The position numbers and the translations under genes were made by a program. A stretch of 64,000 nt of DNA from Somniosus microcephalus (taxonomy: Eukaryota): positions 43,834,001 to 43,898,000 of the forward strand of contig CM126218.1 of the NCBI GenBank assembly GCA_052327205.1, written 5' to 3'. Below, piece after piece: positions 12,315 through 23,154 of this stretch; the stretch's first letter is position 1, and every line of letters begins with the position of its first letter. Below the pieces are notes generated by a model. That model was not told the DNA's origin. It ran no database searches and saw only the letters and a list, made by a program, of their open reading frames with translations.

Positions 12315-12473
12315 CTGAAAGCAGGAAGGCACAAGAGTAGCTTTAGAGTGAGGACAGGGCGTCAGCGAGGGAGGCATGAGTGGTGACATTCAGCGCATTG
12401 GTCAGACAGTGGCAAAGGATGTAGATCTGAAGTGCAAGGGGAACGAGAGAGGTCCAAAAGGTGATGTCCTTAC

Positions 12474-12636
12474 CATTGGGGCCCAGCACAGGGTCGGCAT
12501 CTCCAGATGCAACGGGGCCAATCAGCCGGCCACCCATGAATCGACCCACGCGCTCCTCCAGGTCACTGAGCTGCTGGAACTGGGGACGGCCTCCCCCGGT
12601 ATCAGTCCGGCTCCTCAGATTCTGGGCCAGCTTGGC
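12474..12636 (-). CDS. Harbinger Myb/SANT protein, exon 2
   Basis: Acceptor tctcttgcag, in frame AKLAQN...TGGGRP...LSDLEERV, donor GTAAGG, phase 1. Confidence 0.82.
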
Positions 12637-12664
12637 CTGCAAGAGAAAGGACGGCCTCTAAGTA

Positions 12665-12887
12665 CAGTGTGGTGCCCTGTTGTTGTGTGCACTGCCTCCC
12701 ATGGTCGAATAGCTTGGCCAGTGTGGTGCCCTGTTGTTGTATGCACTGCCTCCCATGGTCGAATAGCTTGGCCAGTGTGGTGCCCTGTTGCTGTATGCAC
12801 TGCCTCCCATGGTCGAATAGCTTGGCCAGTGTGGTGCCCTGCTGCTGTATGCACTGCCTCCCATGGTCGAATAGCTTGGCCAGTGTG
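12665..12887. repeat. 54-bp tandem repeat x4 in intron 1 of the Myb gene
   Basis: cagtgtggtgccctgttgttgtgtgcactgcctcccatggtcgaatagcttggc repeated four times. Confidence 0.93.
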
Positions 12888-13029
12888 TAAAGTGCAGAAA
12901 GTGCAATTGATGTTCATGCCAGTGCCATAGCTGCTGGATGAGGGCTGGCCATTAGGGCTTTGAGGTCCCTTTGCCCATAATGTGAGGTGCACATGCAAGG
13001 ATGAGGAGGACACTGGAAAGGGTACTCAC

Positions 13030-13266
13030 CCTAACAATCCGAGTGAGGTCGTTAAACTTTTTCCGGCATTGGACACCAGTCCTGGGGACATCGCAGGTGG
13101 CTGTGACCCTCTGGGCGACATCCCTCCAGGCTTTCCTGTACACCCTGGTGGCAGGCTTCTTGCCACTGTCCGGGAACAAGATATGGCGTCTCCTCTCCAA
13201 AGCCCTAACCAGCACCTTTAAGTCATGGGCAGAGAAGCGCTGCGCTCGCTCACGGGCCCTCTGCAT
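13030..13266 (-). CDS. Harbinger Myb/SANT-like DNA-binding protein, exon 1
   Basis: RFSAHDLKVLV...AWRDVAQRV...RTGVQCRKKFNDL (MSANTD/NAIF1-type trihelix); donor GTGAGT, phase 0. Confidence 0.88.
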
Positions 13267-14163
13267 CCTTCCTGGCGCTATTTCTCTCCAGCAGCAGTGT
13301 TTAGGCCTAGCTGGAGGGCTGCAGTATCCAGGGCGTGGCAGCAGACCAAGTCGACCCTTCCCCCTTTAAGAGCTGGCCGGCGCCAGGGTGTCTGCTGTCA
13401 ATCAAGAAATGACCGCACCTGCGCTGCGCCCGGCCTCGGCGGTATCACTCTGCACCGCCGGCTTAGCGCCTAAAGATAGCCGTGCATCGCCAGTTTTAGC
13501 GCTCGAGCAAACTCCTTGGCCAAAGCTACTGAATATCGGCGAAGTGGCCTCCACTTTGCGCCGGGTGCAAACTTTAGCGGCCGCCCGACTTTACCGCCCC
13601 AAAAGTGGCTATACTGAATTTCTAGGCCAAGATGCCATGCAAACACTGCAGTCGTTCAGATACAGTTTCGATCAGTTGTTCACACGACTTTAGATTTGCT
13701 CTTTCAATGTGGTATCATGCAGGTCACTCTGATGGAGCACAGGGTACTCTTCTGTCATTAGAAATGGCAATAACAATCACTTCATCTGAGTAAAAACTCT
13801 TAAAGAGAATTCATTGCAGTGAAATTGGCAGCTATTTCTACTGACTCCCGAAACAAACGTTTGTCAAGCATTTTTTTCATAAAGAGAAAATTCCTTGAAT
13901 ATTTCAGCCAAACATTTTAGGTCTGGGTAGGTATCAGTATAATCTTTAAAGCTGTGTTATTATCTTATTGGGATGGAGAAATGTTGCACTATTTTAAAAC
14001 CTTGGAATTACTAACTTGGTGATGATGCGAGCAGTAATGTCCAAGGGAGCAGTGAAGTGTGAATTATTTGCAATTGTTCAAGTAATAATTTTAATGTGCT
14101 TGAAATGTACTCTCCTCAGCAAACCCCATTATTTTGAGGATCAGTATAGATTTATATCCTTAT

Positions 14164-14295
14164 AAAAAGCAAAATACTGCTGATGCTGGAAATCTGAAAT
14201 AAAAACAGAAAATGCTGGAACTACTCAGCAGGTCAGACCGCATCTGTGGAGAGAGAAAGAGCGTTAATATTTCAGGTCGATGACCTTTCATCAGA
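14164..14295 (-). mobile_element. Penelope pLTR fragment with degenerate hammerhead core
   Basis: Reverse complement matches 18830-18958 (ctgatga-aaggtcatcgacct-gaaat...cacagatg...ccagcat). Confidence 0.8.
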
Positions 14296-14841
14296 TTAGA
14301 ATAGATTTATATTCTACTGTTTTCTGGGAGTTTCTAAGTTAGACACTTGTTTTACAAACAGGGAAAACTGACTTGTAAATTGTAAATTCATGACAAAGGT
14401 CCGTTAGCCAGCATATGCAATGTTAATTTCCACCTTGCAAGTCTTGTATTCAGTGACATTCCTCCTATGACCAGCATATAGTTTAATACCAACATACAAA
14501 ATTGACAGGCAGGAAAAGACCAGCTAGTCCAGCAAGCCTGCTCCACATGCATGATGGCTGGAGCATCGTAACTAGACACTTCTTACCCCCCACCCCGCAG
14601 CCATGTAATCTCCTGGGAGAGGCAATAAACAGAGACAAACCCAGGGCCAATAAGTGAAAAAGTAATAATTCTATTAAAAATAGTTTACTCCATTTTTTTT
14701 ATTATTTGGAGAACACCTAAAAGCATCAGAAAGAGAAATGTTAACATTTAACACTAGAAACAACTTTTAAGTAAGGAAGTATTTTGCTTATGAGTTTTGA
14801 TGCCATAACATTCCCCTTGCTCTTTCGCACAGCATTGTCTC

Positions 14842-15482
14842 AGTACAAAGAAGGTTCACTCGGTTAATCCCGGGGATGAGGGGATGGACATATGAGGAGA
14901 GGTTGAGTAGATTGGGACTCTACTCATTGGAGTTCAGAAGAATGAGAGGTGATCTTATTGAAACATATAAGATTGTGAAGGGGTTGGATCGGGTGGATGC
15001 GGGGAAGATGTTCCCGATGATGGGTGAAACTAGAACTAGGGGGCATAGTCTTAGAATAAGGGGCTGCTCTTTCAAAACTGAGATGAGGAGGAACTACTTC
15101 ACTCAGAGGGTGGTAGGTCCATGGAATATGCTGCCCCAAAAAGCTGTAGAAGCTACATCATTACATAAATTTAAAACAGAAATAGACAGTTTCCTAGAAG
15201 TAAAGGGAATTAAGGGTTACGGGGAGCGGGCAGGAATTTGGACATGAGTCTAGGTTCGGATCGGTCATGGCCCTGTGGGTAGCGGAGCGGGCCCAGGGGC
15301 TGTGTAGCCTGATCCTGCTCCTATTTCGTGTGTCTAATTCTGTTAGATTCAGGAGATGGTTCTGTGATAGTAGGTTTGAGGTTAGGATCAGATCAGCCAT
15401 GATCTTATTGAATGGCGGAGCAGGCTCGAGGGGCCGATTGACCTACTCCTGCTCCTATTTCTTATGTTCTTATGTTCTTATG
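14842..15482 (+). mobile_element. CR1 LINE 3' end followed by a second CR1/HE1-type tail
   Basis: YEERLSRLGLYSLEFRRMRGDLIETYK...NYFTQRVV; tail gatcagccatgatc...(ttcttatg)n. Confidence 0.9.
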
Positions 15483-15646
15483 TAATGCTTTTGGTGGTCA
15501 GCTCCCAGCTAGGATCTGCTGAGTTATACAGTAGAACATAATGGAATTGCAGATAATTAAGAGTCCCCAAATTGTGGTCCTGTATATTATATATGATCCA
15601 ATAATACCTTAGCCATGACAATAAGGACCAATATAATACAAATAAT

Positions 15647-16414
15647 GGCCCAGTAATTCGGGTCCCAACGCGCGAGTACGGACGGGGTACTCACGCGTGG
15701 GCCCGATGGAATTGCCGGTTTTCAGCGCATGCGCAGCGCATGCGCGGAAAACCGGCATTTCCTTTCCTCTGAGCCAAGGGGTTCAGAGGTCGAACGCGTG
15801 CGCACAGGAGTCTGCGCGTGCGTGCTGAAATTCCTTTATTTTTAAAGGTTTGCCCATGCGTGAAGGCCTCAACTTTTTACGAACGAAAAAAGCAGACATA
15901 AGGACTTAGTTTTCAAAGGTAAGTGGTCTAATAATTAAAGTTAGAAATGTTTTTCCACAGGTTTATTATTTTTAAAGACTTTACAGTAAGGTAAGTGTAT
16001 TTTTAGACCCGATTGCTTAAAAAAAAATTTTTTTCAGAAATTTGAATAATTGTTTAAAATAGTTTTTTACAGTTATTAATAGTGCATTTAATTAGTAGGA
16101 TGTTTTTTTAACTTTTATTTGAAGTTTAAGTACTGTTTTGGGCGCCCGGAGTTTTCATAAGTTTGACAGTTCTTACTATTAAACTCATGAATGAACTTTT
16201 GCAACCTCTGATTGGTTGCCCGGTGCTCACGTGATCGCAGCCGGCTCATCGAACTAACTACGCCGCTGGATCACGCAAGCACAGCACGCCGGGAGCTGAA
16301 CCGGGCCACAGAGAGGAAATCCACGCAGGGCCAGGCTTCAACTGTCGGCGCGCTATGTAAGTGTAGGTCGGGGGCTTGCACCTGCGGGAAGCCCCCGACA
16401 CCAATTTCTGGGCC
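15647..16414. mobile_element. Harbinger-type MITE
   Basis: Ends GGCCCAGTAATT / AATTTCTGGGCC, 3-bp TSD AAT, GC-rich arms around an AT-rich core; inverted homolog of 44657-45403. Confidence 0.85.
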
Positions 16415-16989
16415 AATATATGTTGAATGTAATATTTTTTGGCCTGTGAGGTCGAGTTATATCAACCAAGAGGAGATTCATGTTAGCGGGCTGTACAATG
16501 AGGCTAATGTCCCATACAAGGCTTTGTCCCATAAAAATTATGAATTATGACTTTTGAATTCATTTATAATTTCACTAGAAACATAGCAGAAGAAATCCTC
16601 CTACATTTCTTTTACACAATGTAGCTACACATATTTTGATTTTAGGCGATAGCGTAAGAGATCTGCCGCCCGTTATACATCTCTCCTGTTTTTCATTCCC
16701 AGTGGGTGACTGATCCCATATCTTCCATTTTACACTATCGACCAAAGTCAAAATTCCCCTTGGTGATGAGAGGAAATAACCACACTGATAATAGAGGCTC
16801 CAACTATAATCCACATAATATTGTTGAAAGCCAACATAAATGAATGATAAGGAAAAGGTTATTTGTAATATAAGGAAAGAACATTCCTACTCTGTCACAA
16901 GCTGCTCTAAGCAGTGCAGTTCTGTGCTAGGACTGGAACTGAATAATGCTTGGCAAGATCTATAAGCATTACAAGCATTGGCAAGATCT

Positions 16990-18571
16990 ACAGCCCGCTT
17001 CTACCTCCTTCCCAAGACAGTCCGCTTCTACTTTCTTCCCAAGATCCACAAACAGGACTGCCCTGGTAGATTCATCGTTTCAGCCTGTACTTGCCCTACG
17101 GAACTGATTTCTTCCTATCTCGACTCTATTTTTTCTCCCTTTGTCCTGTCTCTTCCCACCTCCATCTGCAACTCTTCCGATGCCCGCCGTCACTTCAACA
17201 GTTTCTAGATTCCTGGCCCCAACCGTCTCCTTTTCACTATGGATGTCCAATCCCTCTACACCTCCATCCCCCACCAGGATGGCCTGAGGGCGTTCCACTT
17301 CTTCATTGAACAGAGGCCCAACCGATCCCCGTCCACCAGCCCCTCCTCCGCCTGGCTGAACTTGTTCTCACATTGAACAACTTCTCCTTTGACTCCACTC
17401 ACTTCCTCCAAATTAAAGGTGTTGCTATGGGAACCCGCATGGGTCCTAGCTATGCCTGCCTTTTCATGGGATATGTGGAACATTCTTTGTTCCAGTCCTA
17501 CTCAGGTCCCCTCCATCACCTCTTTTTCCAGTATATTGATGACTGTATCGGTGCTGTTTCCTGCACTCGCCCTGAACTAGAAAATTTCATTCACTTTGCT
17601 TCCAATTTCCACCCTTCCCTCACCTTCACATGGTTCATCTCTGACTCTTCCCTTCCCTTCCTTGACTTCTCTGTCTCCATCTCTGGGGATAGGCTATTGA
17701 CAAACATTCACTATAAGCCCACTGACTCTCACAGCTACCTGGACTACACTTCCTCCCACCCCGCCTCTTGTAAGGACTCTATTCCATTCTCCCAGTTTCT
17801 CCGTCTCCGTCGCATCTGCTCTGACGATGCCACCTTCCATACTAGTACTTCCGATATGTCTTCCTTTTCCCTCAACTGAGGATTCCCCTCTACCATGGCT
17901 GACATGGCCCGTGACCATATCCGTTCTATTTCTCACACTTCTGCTCTCACCCCTGCCCCTCCCTCCCGGAACCACAATAGAGTTCCCCTTGTCCTCATCT
18001 TTCACCCCACCAGCCTCCACATTCAACGGATCTTCCTCCGTCATTTCTGCCACCTCCAGTGTGATCCCACCACCAAACACATCTTCCTCTCACCTCCCCT
18101 TTCAGTGACACCCTGGTCCACTCCTCTATCACCCCCAACACCCCTTCGCCCAGCACTTTCCCGTGCAAGCGCAGGAGATGCAACACCTGCCCTTTTACCT
18201 CTTCCCTTCCCACTGTCCAGGGCCCCAAACACTCCTTCCAGGTGAAACAGAGACTTACTTGTACTTCTTGCAATTTAGTATACTGTATTCACTGCTCACG
18301 ATGCGGTCTCCTCTACATTGGGGAGACCAAACGCAGATTGGGTGACCGCTTTGCAGAACACCTCCGTTCAGTCCATAAGGGTGATCCCGAGCTTCCAGTG
18401 GCCTGTCACTTTAATTCTCCGCTCCTCTCCCACTCTGATCTCTCCATCCTCGGCCTCGTACATTGTTCCAACAAAGCTCAACGTAAGCTCGAGGAACAGC
18501 ACCTCATCTTTCGATTAGGCACTTTACAGCCTTCTGGACTCAACATCGAGTTCAACAATTTCAGACCATAA
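16990..18571 (+). pseudogene. Penelope RT plus GIY-YIG endonuclease, disrupted
   Basis: FYFLPKIHK, QIKGVAMGTRMGPSYA, YIDD, LPFLD, YKPTD; NLVYCIHC..CGLLYIGETKRRLGDRFAEH; stops and frameshifts. Confidence 0.9.
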
Positions 18572-18825
18572 CCTCCACCCCTATTTTTGTTCACATGGCA
18601 GCTGTCGATCATTCTGCCATTTACAATTCATCTAGACTCATCATTTGTTGCTTAACTTGTCCCATTACCATCTCCTTTGGCCTTGCACCATCATCCCTTT
18701 TGTCTCTTAATCTCTCCCGCCTTCCATCCGATCACAGACCTTCCCTTTTGTTCTTTCCTCTCCCTCCCCCTCCTCTTCCTGCCTCTACACTTGCTTAAAA
18801 ACCTGTTACATCTCCAACTTTATCC

Positions 18826-18862
18826 AGTTCTGATGAAGGGTCATTGACCTGAAACGTTAACT
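18826..18862 (+). ncRNA. Minimal type I hammerhead ribozyme (Penelope pLTR)
   Basis: agtt-CTGATGA-ag-ggtc/att/gacc-t-GAAA-cg-TT-aact: stem I agtt/aact, core boxes, palindromic helix III AACGTT. Confidence 0.8.
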
Positions 18863-19071
18863 CTGTTTCTCTCTCCACAGATGCTGCCTGACCTGCTGAG
18901 TATTTCCACCATTTTCTGTTTTTACTTCAGTTTTCCAGCATCCGCAGTATGTTGCTTTTCTATAAGCATTAGTTTTGCTGTAGGTGTATAATAAAGATTG
19001 CTGATGACACCAAGCTGTGTTAGCTGGTGGTAAATACAAGAGAGAATGATAGCATTTGAAACGATATAGAA

Positions 19072-19165
19072 TAGAAACATAGAAACATAGAAGATAGGAA
19101 CAGGAGTAGGCCATTCGGCCCCTCGAGCCTGCTCCGCCATTCAATGAGATCATGGCTGATCATCC
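19072..19165 (-). mobile_element. CR1/HE1-SINE-type 3' tail
   Basis: (atagaaac)n followed by the reverse complement of the gatcagccatgatctcattgaatggcggagcagg tail. Confidence 0.82.
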
Positions 19166-19189
19166 AAACTAAGGGGGCACCCATTTCAA

Positions 19190-19463
19190 TCGGAAATGCT
19201 TAGGAATTTCTTCTCTCAGAGGGTCGTGAATCTTTGGAATTCTGTGCCCCAGAGAGCTGTGGAGGCTGAGTCATTGAATATATTTAAGGTGGAGATTGAC
19301 AGATTTTTGAAAGGTAAGAGAGTCAAGGGTTATGGAGAGCAGGCAGGGAAGTGGAGTTGAGGCCAAGAACAAATCAGCCATGATCTTATTGAATGGCAGA
19401 GCAGGCTCGAGGGGCCAAATGTCCTACTTCTGCTCCTACGTCTTATGTTCTTATGTTCTTATG
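19190..19463 (+). mobile_element. CR1 3' end
   Basis: ttcttctctcagagggtcgtgaatctttggaatt... ending in (ttcttatg)n. Confidence 0.85.
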
Positions 19464-19724
19464 TAAAGATATATGTAATGACTCCTTGCTTTATTGACTT
19501 ATTAATGCACAAGTGTTTCTCAGCACTAGATTCTAAGGGACATGATCATAATTTTACAAGTACAAGTAAAAATGAGGCAAAATATCTACAAGTAGCTGGT
19601 GAACTGTATTGAAGACCATAAAGGCTTTTAGGATACTGTAGGCTAGAAATTTCTGTAAGTGGGCAAATGCTTAACAATTGTTAAATTATATTCTTTTGTT
19701 CACTATTTTGATTCCCAAAGAAAA

Positions 19725-19866
19725 AAAAAGAAAGGCTTACATTTATATAGCGCCTTTCACGGCCACCAAAGCACTTTACAGCCAATGAAGTACCTTTTGA
19801 AGTGTAGTCGCTATTGTAATGTAGGGAACACAGCAGCCAATTTGATAATGACCAGATAATCTGTTT
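19725..19866 (-). mobile_element. DeuSINE (SacSINE-like) 3' fragment
   Basis: Homologous to 35466-35640; L2-type tail. Confidence 0.75.
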
Positions 19867-20280
19867 TAAAGAAATGTTATGTGAAAACATTAAACATTTG
19901 TCTACTAACATCACCAACAGTAATTTCTAATTTAATGTTTCTTCTTCAGACAGTCTTTGTGGATCTGCAAAAAACAATTCATAGCCACAATGTCTGAAAT
20001 GCTCTTTTTATATAAAATTTTTTGAGTGTGTTGTTGTGGCTGTAAACATAAGAGTTGAGGAAATCAGCTACCATTGTGTACTCTGAGTGAGATCCCCCAG
20101 CTCATGTTATATTATAATTTGTGTGTTCTGGGCTCATGCTCATTGTGAACTATTTTGAGACGTATCCCACTTTGACAGACTGAAGTGACTGTCATCCCAT
20201 CAATCCGGGTTGGTTTCAAACCCAAGTTGCAGAAATAGAGATGGTGGTGCTGCAACCGATTGTACTCCTGATGTTCCTTT

Positions 20281-20933
20281 CATAGAATCATAAAATCCTA
20301 GAATGATACAGCACAGAAGGAGGTCATTCAGCCCATCGTGTCTGTGCCTGTTCTTTGGTAGAGCGATCCAATTAATCCCACTCCCCTGCTCTTTCCCCAT
20401 AGCCCTGTAATTTTTCCCCCTTCAAGTATTTATCGAATTCTATTTTGAATGTTACGATTCAATTTGCTCCCACCACCCCTTCAGGCAGTGCATTCCAGAT
20501 CACAATAACTCACTGTGTAAAAAAAAGTTTCCTTATGTCGCCTCTGGTTCCTTTGCCAATCATCTTAAATCTGTGTCCTCTGGTTACCGACCCTCTGCCA
20601 CTAGAAACAATTTCTCCTTATTTACTCTATCAAAACCCTACATGGTTTTGAACACCTCCATCAAATCTCCTCTTAACCTTCTCTGCTCTAAGGAGAACAA
20701 TCCCAGCTTCTCCAGTCTATCCACGTAACTGAAGTCCCTCATCCCTGGTACCATTCTATTAAATCTCTTCTGCATCCTCTCCAAGGCCTTGACATACTTC
20801 CTAGTGTGGTGCTCAGAATTTAACACAATACTCCAGCTGAGGCCTAGCCAGTGTTTTATAAAGGTTTAGCATCATTTCCTTGCTTTTGTCCTCTATTCTC
20901 TGTTAATAAAGCCAAGGATCCCATATGCTTTTT
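20281..20933 (-). mobile_element. CR1 3' end
   Basis: ALERMQKRFNRMVPGMRDFSYVDRLEKLGLFSLEQRRLRGDL; (catagaat)-type tail at the left end. Confidence 0.88.
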
Positions 20934-21658
20934 TCCAGGAATTTTTCAGAAAATCACCATTTTGATTTTTTTGCAGCTAATGGTTTGTTGGAACACTTTT
21001 CCATAATATTAATGTAAAGATATTCCATGACAAATTATTATTCACATGCTATTCACTAAACCCAGTTAACCTAAAAATGTTTCTAAATCAAATGTCACAT
21101 TACTGTATTTACAAAAAGTATAAATACCAAAATATAGTTTCCATTAAATTCTGCTTGGACAAACTGTATCCCTGTTAACCAGACCAGCATCTACATTTCT
21201 ACCGATCTTAAAAAATTATAGGCCTAGAAATTCAAACTTCTAGCGCCGGCCGGTTTTGAAGAAAAATGACGCGGAACGCGGGGGCTGCCATATTGGGCAG
21301 GTCGGCAGCGCTGCCGTTGCCTGCACTTGCCGCAAGTATTTTAATTGCTAGGAATGTGACATCAATTGGCGTGCAACGCCGAGTTGACGCACGCTCATCG
21401 ATTTTGGACATCGCCGCTTCTCTTACCGCCCTCTCCAAAGCACGCCAGTGCGTTTAGCCATTGACAGTGTGTAGAGCCGGGAGAAAGCGGCGGTGAGCTA
21501 TAAACCATACAGTGAACAGCTGCTGAGATAACTGGTAACTATGAAGAGCTCAGACTATGTAATTGGAGTGAAAACTGCTTCCAGTGAGAGGCATCAAATC
21601 TCCCCCCATGTCAATTAAACATTACAGGAGGTAAATACTTTTAAAAATAAACTATACT

Positions 21659-22857
21659 GCAGTCGGGAGAGCAGGAGGCCAGTAACTGGTGAGTTTAAAA
21701 GCTCACCTTTCGGGGGCTTTTTCTTTCACAGCTGGGGCAGTCGGGAGAGCAGGAGGCCAGTAACTGGTGAATTTAAAAGCTCACCTTTCGCGGGCTTTTT
21801 CTTTCACAGCTGGTGCAGTCGGGAGAGCAGGAGGCCAGTAACTGGTGAGTTTAAAAGCTCACCTTTCGGGGGCTTTTTCTTTCACAGCTGGGGCAGTCGG
21901 GAGAGCAGGAGGCCAGTAACTGGTGAGTTTAAAAGCTCACCTTTCGGGGGCTTTTTCTTTCACAGCTGGTGCAGTCGGGAGAGCAGGAGGCCAGTAACTG
22001 GTGAGTTTAAAAGCTCACCTTTCGGGGGCTTTTTCTTTCACAGCTGGTGCAGTCGGGAGAGCAGGAGGCCAGTAACTGGTGAGTTTAAAAGCTCACCTTT
22101 CGCGGGCTTTTTCTTTCACAGCTGGGGCAGTCGGGAGAGCAGGAGGCCAGTAACTGGTGAGTTTAAAAGCTCACCTTTCGCGGGCTTTTTCTTTCACAGC
22201 TGGGGCAGTCGGGAGAGCAGGAGGCCAGTAACTGGTGAGTTTAAAAGCTCACCTTTCGCGGGCTTTTTCTTTCACAGCTGGTGCAGTCGGGAGAGCAGGA
22301 GGCCAGTAACTGGTGAGTTTAAAAGCTCACCTTTCGGGGGCTTTTTCTTTCACAGCTGGTGCAGTCGGGAGAGCAGGAGGCCAGTAACTGGTGAGTTTAA
22401 AAGCTCACCTTTCGGGGGCTTTTTCTTTCACAGCTGGTGCAGTCGGGAGAGCAGGAGGCCAGTAACTGGTGAGTTTAAAAGCTCACCTTTCGGGGGCTTT
22501 TTCTTTCACAGCTGGGGCAGTCGGGAGAGCAGGAGGCCAGTAACTGGTGAGTTTAAAAGCTCACCTTTCGCGGGCTTTTTCTTTCACAGCTGGGGCAGTC
22601 GGGAGAGCAGGAGGCCAGTAACTGGTGAGTTTAAAAGCTCACCTTTCGCGGGCTTTTTCTTTCACAGCTGGGGCAGTCGGGAGAGCAGGAGGCCAGTAAC
22701 TGGTGAGTTTAAAAGCTCACCTTTCGCGGGCTTTTTCTTTCACAGCTGGGGCAGTCGGGAGAGCAGGAGGCCAGTAACTGGTGAGTTTAAAAGCTCACCT
22801 TTCGCGGGCTTTTTCTTTCACAGCTGGTGCAGTCGGGAGAGCAGGAGGCCAGTAACT
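21659..22857 (+). repeat. 78-bp tandem monomers x15 plus a partial unit (CR1 5' end)
   Basis: gcagtcgggagagcaggaggccagtaactggtgagtttaaaagctcacctttcg(g/c)gggctttttctttcacagctgg(g/t); period exactly 78. Confidence 0.97.
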
Positions 22858-23154
22858 CTTATATAGGTGGAGCTGTTGCTAAACCCGAAACACTACAGTG
22901 TAGTGTCTCCCACCCTTCCACCTCCTCTAACCTTTTAGGGGTTAGGGGAAGTTGAAAAGGTAGGTTCAATTTATTTTATTTCAGGAGCCTAACCTAGGTG
23001 GAAAAGGTTCCAGGACAGGAGGCGGCAGTGAAAATACAACACCAGAAAACAGGTAGGTGACTGGTTGGTGAGTACTTTCACAAACTTATTCTAAGTAGAA
23101 TTCAATAATTAAGCTAAATCGTAGTAAATAAAAGGGTATTGTAAGGGTTAAGTC

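Larger units (their letters stand above)
9173..13628. mobile_element. PIF/Harbinger DNA transposon, near full-length
   Basis: 16-bp TIR GGCCTAGAAATTCAGT / ACTGAATTTCTAGGCC; GC-rich subterminal regions; convergent transposase and Myb/SANT genes. Confidence 0.95.
16972..18959 (+). mobile_element. Penelope-like retroelement, 5'-truncated
   Basis: RT and GIY-YIG remnants, 3' pLTR; 12-bp direct repeat ctataagcatta at 16960-16971 and 18960-18971. Confidence 0.93.

Noticed and set aside
12376-13013. Cys/His-rich repeat ORFs (CCCMHCLPW, GHHTGQ)
   Set aside because: Translations of the 54-bp intronic repeat
21659-22857. CRISPR-like array or tandem ribozyme in the 78-bp repeats
   Set aside because: No unique spacers and no cas genes; CTGGTGA does not match the CUGANGA hammerhead core and there is no NUH after the stem
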